A DNA stretch of 24,511 nucleotides from an uncultured archaeon (GTDB lineage: Archaea; Iainarchaeota; Iainarchaeia; Iainarchaeales; GCA-2688035): contig CAYHBD010000025.1 in assembly GCA_964354805.1 (NCBI GenBank), positions 1 to 24,511 on the forward strand, given 5' to 3'. Positions 7,826 through 14,926 of this stretch are shown in pieces. Numbering within the stretch: the stretch's first letter is position 1; each line of letters opens with the position of its first letter. Both the position numbers and the translations under genes were made by a program. The notes under the pieces are model-generated. The model saw only the letters and a list, made by a program, of their open reading frames with translations. It made no database searches and had not been told where the DNA came from.

Positions 7826-9535
7826 GTGGGGCTTTTGTCAGGGCAGGATATTTTGCGAAAGGTTATTGCTACTTCTGGCGATGAATTTTACACCCCTCTG
7901 CCAAAGGGCTATAAGGTTGGGAAAACAAAATATGTTGTAATCACAGGCAGCGTTATCAGCGGGATTGGAAAGGGGACTATTTCAAGCAGCCTGAGCAAGC
8001 TGCTGCAGGATCGAGGCCTGAATATTGAGCCAATAAAGCTCGAGGCTTATTTGAATGTTGATGCAGGAACACTGAACCCTTTCAGGCACGGCGAAGTGTT
8101 TGTTTTGGATGACGGCACTGAAACAGATTTGGATTTGGGCACTTATGAAAGGGCATTGGACAAGAATTTGGGCAGGGACAACTTTGTTACAAGCGGAGGA
8201 ATTTACGCAAACATCATTGAAAAAGAAAGGGCAGGAAAATACTTGGGAAGGGATGTGCAGTTCATTCCGCATGTTACAGGAGAAATAAAGCAGGTTGTAA
8301 GGGAGCTTGCTGTCAAAACAAAAGCAGAAGTGATTTTGATTGAAATCGGCGGCACTGTAGGAGATTACGAAAACATGTTTGCTTTGGAAGCATTGAGAGA
8401 GTTGCAGTACGAGGAAGGGCATGACAATGTCTGCTTTATTAATATCACTTATATATTGCAGCCCAGGTGCCTGGGCGAGCAGAAGAGCAAGGCTGCCCAG
8501 CTTGGAATAAAGAGGCTTATTGAGATGGGAATCCAGCCAGATATAATTGTCTGCAGGAGCGAGGGCAAGCTGCAGGAGAATATCAAGAAGAAAATCAGCC
8601 TGAATGTGAATGTTCCGATTGAAATGGTTTTTGGAGTGCATGATGTAAGCAACATTTATGGCCTGCCTCTTGCGCTCAGGAAAGTCGGCTTTGATGAGGC
8701 TGTTTTGCAGGTGTTTAAACTGAACAAGCGCTTCAAGAGCAATGGAAACAAGGCACTGAGGGAATGGAACAGGAAAACAAGCTCGCACGGAAAAGCAAAG
8801 CCTGTTACAATCGGCATTGCAGGAAAGTACACAGGCAGCGCTGACACTTACATCAGCATTCTGAAGGCTTTGGAGCATTGCAGTTTCAAGCTGAACAGAA
8901 AAGTGAAAGTGAAATGGGTTGAAACAACAGAGCTGGACAGCGGCGAGAAGGTAAAAAATGCGTTAAAGGATGTTGACGGAGTGATTGTTCCAGGCGGGTT
9001 TGGCATCAGGGGCATTGAGGGAAAGGTTGCTGTTGCAAAATACTGCAGGGAGCACGACTTGCCTTATTTGGGCCTGTGTTTGGGCTTTCAGGTTGCGTTG
9101 ATTGAGTTTGCGAGAAATGTCTGCAAATTAAAGGATGCGAACAGCACAGAGTTTGAGCCAAAAACCCAGCACCCTGTAATTGACATTCTGCCGGAGCAGA
9201 AAAAGATTGAAGGTTTGGGCGCAAATATGAGGCTTGGCGGCAGGGAGGTTGAATTGCGCGAAGGAACTCTTGCCGCAAAGCTGCACGGCAATGAAAAGAA
9301 AATCAGGAGGCGCTTTAGGCATCGCTTTGAATGCAATCCTGAGTACATTGAGCAGTTTGAAAAAGCGGGAATTGTTTTTTCGGGAAAGGCGCCGAACCAG
9401 CCGATAATGCAGGTTCTGGAGCTGCCGCAGCACAGGTTTTTCATGGCAACCCAGTTCCACCCTGAATTCACGAGCAGGCCGCTGCACCCAGACGAGCTGT
9501 TTTTGGAGTTTGTAAGAAAGAGCGCTGAGAAATAA
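7826..9535 (+). CDS. pyrG: CTP synthase with N-terminal extension
   Basis: SGIGKG, HGEVFVLDDGTETDLDLGTYER, IEIGGTVGD, PGGFG, GLCLG and FHPE motifs. The GTG start is uncertain. Confidence 0.96.
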   Translation: MGLLSGQDILRKVIATSGDEFYTPLPKGYKVGKTKYVVITGSVISGIGKGTISSSLSKLLQDRGLNIEPIKLEAYLNVDAGTLNPFRHGEVFVLDDGTETDLDLGTYERALDKNLGRDNFVTSGGIYANIIEKERAGKYLGRDVQFIPHVTGEIKQVVRELAVKTKAEVILIEIGGTVGDYENMFALEALRELQYEEGHDNVCFINITYILQPRCLGEQKSKAAQLGIKRLIEMGIQPDIIVCRSEGKLQENIKKKISLNVNVPIEMVFGVHDVSNIYGLPLALRKVGFDEAVLQVFKLNKRFKSNGNKALREWNRKTSSHGKAKPVTIGIAGKYTGSADTYISILKALEHCSFKLNRKVKVKWVETTELDSGEKVKNALKDVDGVIVPGGFGIRGIEGKVAVAKYCREHDLPYLGLCLGFQVALIEFARNVCKLKDANSTEFEPKTQHPVIDILPEQKKIEGLGANMRLGGREVELREGTLAAKLHGNEKKIRRRFRHRFECNPEYIEQFEKAGIVFSGKAPNQPIMQVLELPQHRFFMATQFHPEFTSRPLHPDELFLEFVRKSAEK

Positions 9536-9553
9536 AAAAAGCAATTTTATTTT

Positions 9554-9730
9554 TTATTTTAATTTTTCCGCTTCTTCCACAAGCATTATCGGAATCCCGT
9601 CTTCAATGCGATAAGCGAGCCTGCATTTGCCGCAAACCAGTTTTTGCCCTGCTTTTTTGTAAGCCAAATCGCCCTTGCATTTTGGGCATGCAAGCACATC
9701 CAGAAGCTTTTTGCTCAATTCCTTTGGCAT
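9554..9730 (-). CDS. Trm112/YcaR-family zinc-binding protein, 58 aa (absent from ORF track)
   Basis: Manual translation: MPKELSKKLLDVLACPKCKGDLAYKKAGQKLVCGKCRLAYRIEDGIPIMLVEEAEKLK. Has LACP.CKG, a second CxxC and Y.I.DGIP.ML. Confidence 0.93.
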   Translation of the reverse strand: MPKELSKKLLDVLACPKCKGDLAYKKAGQKLVCGKCRLAYRIEDGIPIMLVEEAEKLK

Positions 9731-9793
9731 AGCGAAAACCTTAGCTATAATTTAAGGCAAAACAGTTTTAAATCAAACATTCTTAGCCATAAT

Positions 9794-9844
9794 GCTTTGC
9801 CGAAGGCAATTTTTCCCAAGGCTTTTTCCGAAGGAAAAAGGCTT
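9794..9844 (+). repeat. Dispersed hairpin repeat, copy B
   Basis: TTGCC-GAA-GGCAA followed by AAGGCTTTTTCC-GAA-GGAAAAAGGCTT. Confidence 0.85.
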
Positions 9845-9887
9845 TGTAAAAGGATTTTTAATTAAATGTTTCCTTTTTCTCTTTTAA

Positions 9888-11054
9888 TTGAAGGGATTCT
9901 GTTTGTTTGTTGAAAAAGTTGATGCTGCCGGCAAGCGGATTGTTTTGGTTGGCACTGCCCATGTGAGCAAGGAAAGCGTTGCTCTGGTCAAGGCTACAAT
10001 CGAAAAGGAGAAGCCTGACGCTGTAGGCGTTGAACTGGATGGGCAGAGGCTGCACCAGCTGCAGCACGGAAAGCAGTGGCAGGAAATGGATTTGCAGCAG
10101 ATAATAAAGCAGGGGAAAACCCATCTCTTTTTGGTGAACCTGCTGCTCTCTAATCTGCAGAGGCAGATCGGCGATGACTTGGGCATAAAGCCTGGCAGCG
10201 AAATGCTGGCTGCAGTGCAGATTGCGGAAGAAAAGAAAATCCCGATTGTTTTGCTTGACAGGGAGGTAAGGGTGACACTGAAAAGGGCATTGAACAAAAT
10301 GGGCTTGAGGGAAAAGGCAAAGCTTGGCTACGGGATTTTAAGCGGTTTTTTGGGGGTAAGCGAAAAGCTTGATGAGAAAACAATCGAGAGCCTGAAAGAA
10401 AAGGATGCCTTGAATCTGCTGATGCAGCAGCTTGCAAAAGAAATGCCTTCGGTAAAAGAAGTGCTGGTTGATGAAAGGGACTTGTTTATCGCAAACAAAA
10501 TTCTGCAGGCCAAGGGAAAAAAGATTGTTGCTGTAATTGGAGCTGGGCATTTGGAGGGGGTAAAGCGCTTTTTGGACAAGGAGCGGAACATAAGCGGGCT
10601 TGCAATGGTTGAGCAAAAAAAAAGCAGTCTGCGCTTTTTGAAATACGCTATTCCAGCATTGTTTGTTGTTTTGGTTGGCTATGCATTTTATGCAAAGGGC
10701 GCTGCCGTTACATTAAACATTTTCATTTCATGGTTTCTGATAACAGGAACATTGTCAGCGCTTGGCGCAGCCCTTGCAGCAGCCCATCCTCTTTCAATTG
10801 CAACAGCTTTTCTTGCTGCCCCCTTTACCACGCTGCATCCAGCGCTTGCAGCAGGCTGGTTCGCTGGCCTGGCTGAATTGAAAGTGAGAAGCCCAAAGGT
10901 AAAAGATTTTGAGCAACTGCCGCAGATTGACGGCGTGAGGCAGCTGCTAAAAAACAGGGTTGCAAGAATAGTAATGGTCACTGCTTTTGCAAACATTGGC
11001 GCGAGCATTGGAACAATAATCGCCCTGCCATACATTGCGAGCCTGCTAAGCTGA
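9888..11054 (+). CDS. TraB/PrgY (TraB/GumN) family protein with C-terminal TM helices
   Basis: LVGTAHVS, VGVELD, PGSEM, LVDERD, GAGH and PFTTLHP motifs. The true start may be TTG at 9903. Confidence 0.9.
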   Translation: MKGFCLFVEKVDAAGKRIVLVGTAHVSKESVALVKATIEKEKPDAVGVELDGQRLHQLQHGKQWQEMDLQQIIKQGKTHLFLVNLLLSNLQRQIGDDLGIKPGSEMLAAVQIAEEKKIPIVLLDREVRVTLKRALNKMGLREKAKLGYGILSGFLGVSEKLDEKTIESLKEKDALNLLMQQLAKEMPSVKEVLVDERDLFIANKILQAKGKKIVAVIGAGHLEGVKRFLDKERNISGLAMVEQKKSSLRFLKYAIPALFVVLVGYAFYAKGAAVTLNIFISWFLITGTLSALGAALAAAHPLSIATAFLAAPFTTLHPALAAGWFAGLAELKVRSPKVKDFEQLPQIDGVRQLLKNRVARIVMVTAFANIGASIGTIIALPYIASLLS

Positions 11055-11117
11055 ATTCTGTAAGCTGCGTTCAAATTTTATTGCTTGCAATCTTGCAAGG
11101 CTTGCAGATTGGCTGAA

Positions 11118-11450
11118 CTATCTTATTGGCGTTCCGGGCGGCACGTCTTTGTCAACACATAAAAGAATAGGTTGCCCGTTCAAGTCAGCTGCCAGCAGCA
11201 TTCCGTTGCTTTCAATGCCTGCAATTTTTGCTGGCGCGAGGTTGCTTACTACAACAATTGTTTTCCCCACAAGCTGCTCTACGCTGTAATGCGGTTTCAA
11301 GCCTGCCACAAGAGTTCGCGGCTGCTGCTCGCCTACATCAATCTCCAACTTGAACAGCTTGTCTTTTCCTGCAATGTTCTCAGCTTTCAAAACCTTTGCT
11401 GCCCTCAATTCAATTTTCTGGAATTCTTGGAAAGAAATCAAAGCTATCAC
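11118..11450 (-). CDS. Stand-alone tRNA-binding OB-fold (MetG C-terminal/Trbp111/CsaA)
   Basis: F.KIELR, DKL..L.ID.G, NL.P.KIAG.ESNGMLLAA motifs. Likely start is TTG at 11441 after AGGTGA. Confidence 0.92.
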   Translation of the reverse strand: MIALISFQEFQKIELRAAKVLKAENIAGKDKLFKLEIDVGEQQPRTLVAGLKPHYSVEQLVGKTIVVVSNLAPAKIAGIESNGMLLAADLNGQPILLCVDKDVPPGTPIR

Positions 11451-11893
11451 CTTAAACAGGATTTTTGGTATGCAACATCCTGAGTTGCGACATCATGGGT
11501 TATATCAACAATGGCTGCGTCATCATTAAAATCCTTTATCTCTTTGGGGCTGATTGCAAGGGTTTTCTCTTCCCCCACCAAGCAGTGCACTTGCTGCGCC
11601 TGCAAAACCTTTTTGTCAATCAGAGCCATTACCCCGAAAATTGAAACAGGCGGCAGGAACCTGGCAGCATAGCCTGTTATTTCATAAACAATTGCATTCT
11701 CAACAGGCTTGATTGCATCAGAGGCAGTTGCCTTGCGCAATTTTTGCTTTGCTATGCTGTCTGACGCAAAAAAAATCACAAGAAAAAAAGAATCGCCAGC
11801 GGAAAAAAGCCTGCACCGGATTAAATTTTTCCTTGCAGCAAAAGGCAGAATTTTTGCCCGCAGCCCATTTGCCTCAATAAAGTCTTGAAGCAT
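11447..11893 (-). CDS. Degenerate YbaK/EbsC (aminoacyl-tRNA editing)-like protein
   Basis: EITGY....LPP, IDKKVL and TLAISPKEI resemble YbaK. ATG at 11893 is preferred because the longer frame runs through AT-rich promoter-like DNA. Confidence 0.7.
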   Translation of the reverse strand: MLQDFIEANGLRAKILPFAARKNLIRCRLFSAGDSFFLVIFFASDSIAKQKLRKATASDAIKPVENAIVYEITGYAARFLPPVSIFGVMALIDKKVLQAQQVHCLVGEEKTLAISPKEIKDFNDDAAIVDITHDVATQDVAYQKSCLR

Positions 11894-11914
11894 TGCCCAA
11901 CGCCATTTATTATA

Positions 11915-12004
11915 ATATAGCAAACTGCTTATATTTTTGAACTTTTTATTGCAGTTTGCTATATGCAAAAAGCAATTTAATGTTCATTATTTAGGCTTTT
12001 TGCA
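11915..12004. repeat. Two adjacent perfect inverted repeats in the metK-ybaK spacer
   Basis: ATATAGCAAACTGC(11915-11928)/GCAGTTTGCTATAT(11951-11964) and TGCAAAAAGC(11964-11973)/GCTTTTTGCA(11995-12004). Confidence 0.8.
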
Positions 12005-12044
12005 ATAGAATAAAATATATAAAAGAAATAAAAAGAGACGGGCT

Positions 12045-13205
12045 TTAAAGTCCGCATTCTTTTTTCAGCATTGCAGCCTTGTCCGTTTTCTCCCAGGTGA
12101 AGTCCGGATCATTCCTTCCGAAGTGCCCGTAGTTTGTTGTTTTGCTAAAAATCGGCCTTCTCAGGTTCAGTTCCTCAATCATTTCTCCAGGCGCGAAATG
12201 AAAATGCTTTTTTACAGCATCATAGATTTTCATTGGCTCAACCTTGTTTGTGCCATGCGTGTCAATGAAAAGGCTCAATGGCTCTGTTCCGCCAATCACG
12301 AAAGAGAGCTGTACCTCGCACCTGTCAGCAAGGCCTGCTGCAACAATGTTTTTCGCAATATACCTTGCGTAATAAGCAGCTGTCCTGTCAACCTTGCTCG
12401 GGTCTTTTCCACTAAAAGCCCCTCCGCCATGGTTGCCTACTCCGCCATAAGTGTCCTGGATTATTTTCCTTCCTGTGCAGCCGCTGTCTGCAACAGGTCC
12501 GCCTAAAACAAATCTCCCTGTGTTGTTAATGTAGTATTTTGTATCCTTGTCCAGCATTTTGCCGCAGACTGGCTCAATCACGTGCTTTTTTATTTCCTCT
12601 CTTAATTTTTCCATCTCAACATCTGGATCGTGCTGTGCAGCAATTACAACGCTGTCAATCCTTTTTGGCTTGTCTTTTTCATATTCAACTGTCACCTGTG
12701 TTTTTCCGTCAGGCCTCAGGAATTTCAGCGTTCCATCCTTCCTTACCTCCATCAGCCTTTTTGCAAGCCTGTGGGCAAGCAGAATAGGCAGTGGCATTAA
12801 TTCAAGGGTTTCATTTGTTGCATAGCCTGACATCATTCCCTGGTCGCCTGCGCCAACCTCTTTCGGCGATTTTTTTGTCACGCCCATGCTTATGTCAGGG
12901 CTCTGCTCGTGGATTGCTGTAAGGACACCAACTGTCCTGTAATCAAAGCCGTATTCAGGCTTTGCATAGCCAACATCCCGCAAGACATCCCTGACTGTCT
13001 TCTGCACATCAATGTATGTTTTTGTAGTTACTTCGCCTGTTACAACAATGAAGCCCATTCCAGCCAGTACCTCGCAGGCAACCCTTGCAGAAGGGTCGTC
13101 TTTTATTATGGAATCCAGAATCCTGTCGGCAATCTGGTCGCATACCTTGTCAGGATGACCCTCAGTCATTGCCTCTGAAGTGAACAAAAATTTCCCGCTT
13201 CTCAT
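12045..13205 (-). CDS. metK: S-adenosylmethionine synthetase, bacterial/eukaryotic type
   Basis: [29 protein letters not shown] and [15 protein letters not shown] motifs. Confidence 0.97.
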   Translation of the reverse strand: MRSGKFLFTSEAMTEGHPDKVCDQIADRILDSIIKDDPSARVACEVLAGMGFIVVTGEVTTKTYIDVQKTVRDVLRDVGYAKPEYGFDYRTVGVLTAIHEQSPDISMGVTKKSPKEVGAGDQGMMSGYATNETLELMPLPILLAHRLAKRLMEVRKDGTLKFLRPDGKTQVTVEYEKDKPKRIDSVVIAAQHDPDVEMEKLREEIKKHVIEPVCGKMLDKDTKYYINNTGRFVLGGPVADSGCTGRKIIQDTYGGVGNHGGGAFSGKDPSKVDRTAAYYARYIAKNIVAAGLADRCEVQLSFVIGGTEPLSLFIDTHGTNKVEPMKIYDAVKKHFHFAPGEMIEELNLRRPIFSKTTNYGHFGRNDPDFTWEKTDKAAMLKKECGL

Positions 13206-13288
13206 TTATGCATCAACTCCCTAGAGTAAAATAAGTATTTAGAAAAAAGAAAGTAGATTATGTTTTTAATTAATTGCAAAATGCCCTA

Positions 13289-13308
13289 ATTATTCCGATT
13301 GGAATAAT
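13289..13308. promoter_or_regulatory. Palindromic operator candidate between metK and the HTH-CBS gene
   Basis: ATTATTCC-GATT-GGAATAAT, a 20-bp sequence one base from a perfect palindrome. Confidence 0.7.
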
Positions 13309-13333
13309 AATAAAAATGTTTGGCAGCAAATTG

Positions 13334-13400
13334 AATTGATTATGCTTCCTGATTTAAAGGAAAAAAAACAGCGGGGTTAATTGATTATGCTTCCTGATTT
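13334..13400 (+). repeat. 22-nt direct repeat duplicating the regulator gene start
   Basis: AATTGATTATGCTTCCTGATTT at 13334-13355 and 13379-13400. Confidence 0.9.
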
Positions 13401-13944
13401 GATGGAAATAAAGGCAAGGAGGATTGCCGCTGGCTTAACGCAGAGCAGGTTGAGCGAATTAAGCGGAGTTTCGCAGAGCCTGATTGCAAAGATTGAGGCT
13501 GAAAAGATTGAGCCAAGCTATGCAAAGGTGAAAAAGCTGCTTGACTGCCTGACCCAATTGCATGCGCAGCTGGAAAAGCAGGCAAAAGACATTATGACAA
13601 AGCCTGTTGTGAGTGTTGAATCAAATGACTACCTGCGCCAGGCAATAAAGCTGCTTGAAAGGCACGGCCTGAGCCAGCTGCCTGTTTTAAGCAAGGGAAA
13701 AGCTGTTGGCTGCATTTCAGAGAAAAGCGTTCTGGCGAAAATAAACAACGCGCCTGGCATTGATGCCGAAAAGGCCAGGGCCGAAGAGGCAATGGAGGAA
13801 GCCCTGCCCACAATCCAGCCAAACACCCCTGTTTCAGCAGTCTCGCAGCTGCTTGGATTCAATTCTGCAGTGCTGGTTGCAAGAAAAGGAAAAATCATTG
13901 GCATAATAACAAAATCGGATTTGCTGAAGCAGATGATAAAATGA
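13387..13944 (+). CDS. XRE-type HTH plus tandem CBS domain transcriptional regulator
   Basis: GLTQSRLSELSGVSQSLIAKIE HTH; AKDIMT..V, SQLPV and GIITKSD CBS motifs. Start is ATG 13387 or TTG 13381. Confidence 0.92.
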   Translation: MLPDLMEIKARRIAAGLTQSRLSELSGVSQSLIAKIEAEKIEPSYAKVKKLLDCLTQLHAQLEKQAKDIMTKPVVSVESNDYLRQAIKLLERHGLSQLPVLSKGKAVGCISEKSVLAKINNAPGIDAEKARAEEAMEEALPTIQPNTPVSAVSQLLGFNSAVLVARKGKIIGIITKSDLLKQMIK

Positions 13945-13953
13945 TTGAATGTA

Positions 13954-14211
13954 TCATTGCTTATATCTAATTTTAATATACAACATAACAACTGTGGCAA
14001 TAAAAGCAAATCCGTCCATGGCAATGATTGGATTGCTGCTGATTGCAATGCCGTAAATTATCCAAAGAAACTCGCCTGCTACAAGAATTAACAGCATTAA
14101 GAGAGAAATGTCCGCAACTTTTTTTGTTCTAAGCGACTTAACAATCTGTGGAACGATGCTCACTGAAATCAAAATTCCAGCCAAAAACCCAATGATATCC
14201 ACCATTGTCAT
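13954..14211 (-). CDS. SemiSWEET (PQ-loop) sugar transporter
   Basis: Three TM helices; PQIVKSLRTK..DIS, LW..YG and PII motifs. GGTGA ribosome-binding site before ATG 14211. Confidence 0.88.
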   Translation of the reverse strand: MTMVDIIGFLAGILISVSIVPQIVKSLRTKKVADISLLMLLILVAGEFLWIIYGIAISSNPIIAMDGFAFIATVVMLYIKIRYKQ

Positions 14212-14282
14212 ATCTTCAATCACCATGTATGAATACTTAATCAAAGTGTATAAATATTTCCAACCTTGCCCAAAGAATCCGA

Positions 14283-14300
14283 AAACGATAACTTTTTATA
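14283..14300 (+). promoter_or_regulatory. BRE/TATA-like promoter of the surface-protein operon
   Basis: An A-rich stretch followed by TTTTTATA, about 90 nt upstream of GTG 14393. Confidence 0.4.
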
Positions 14301-14392
14301 GAATGTATGGGGCAAGTATATATAACAAGACAAAGTGAATCAGTTAATACATAACGCTGATACATAATGTCTTGTTTTTGGTGGGGATTTTA

Positions 14393-14926
14393 GTGAAAAA
14401 AAGCATTTATGCCTTGGCCTTGTTCCTTTTATTGTTTAGTGCCAGCTGCCAGGCGCTAATTGTTAATGAAATAGGCACTATTGTGGTGCAGCAGGATGAA
14501 AGAAGCGTTGATGTTAAAATAAAAAACGATTCTGATGAAACGCAGGATTTCACTATTGAATTGAGCATTCCAAACGCATCAATTGACCCAAGCGAGGGTA
14601 GCCTGGAAGCAGGGGAAAGCATTACAGCAAGCCTTTCAATAATTCCAACTGAGGATTTTGCTGGCTCAACCTATTCAGGGCAATTGAGGGTTTCAATTGG
14701 CGAGGAGCAGGAAAGAAGGGAAATAAAAGTAATGTTCAAGGAAAAACAAGTTGAAAAGCCGGCTGAAGAGCCGGAACAGCCAGTTCCTGCTGGTTTCTTT
14801 GCATTGCCTGACCTTTCAGCTTTTTTTACAGCTGAGAATGCGCTGAACATTGTTCTTGCAATTGTCGCAGCAATTCTGCTGATTGCTTTTATTGCAAGAC
14901 TTGTTAAAAGGCTGGAGGCGAAGTGA
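14393..14926 (+). CDS. Secreted, C-terminally membrane-anchored Ig-like surface protein
   Basis: Signal peptide after GTG 14393 (preceded by GGTGGGGA), beta-rich acidic domain, P/E linker, TM helix and basic tail. Confidence 0.8.
   Translation: MKKSIYALALFLLLFSASCQALIVNEIGTIVVQQDERSVDVKIKNDSDETQDFTIELSIPNASIDPSEGSLEAGESITASLSIIPTEDFAGSTYSGQLRVSIGEEQERREIKVMFKEKQVEKPAEEPEQPVPAGFFALPDLSAFFTAENALNIVLAIVAAILLIAFIARLVKRLEAK

Noticed and set aside
7647-7826. tRNA as the attachment site of an integrated element
   Set aside because: No integrase, no duplicated tRNA 3' end was seen, and the flanks are housekeeping genes.
7982-8878. 298-aa minus-strand ORF
   Set aside because: Antisense shadow of pyrG with no recognisable motifs.
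9644-9865. 73-aa plus-strand ORF across repeat copy B
   Set aside because: It overlaps the Trm112 gene antisense and runs through intergenic repeat DNA.
11084-11107. CTTGCA repeated three times between convergent genes
   Set aside because: Too short, and TTGCA/TGCAA words are very common in this sequence.
13334-13400. Repeat-spacer-repeat as a mini-CRISPR array
   Set aside because: Only two copies, the repeat is the start of the adjacent gene, and no cas genes are present.
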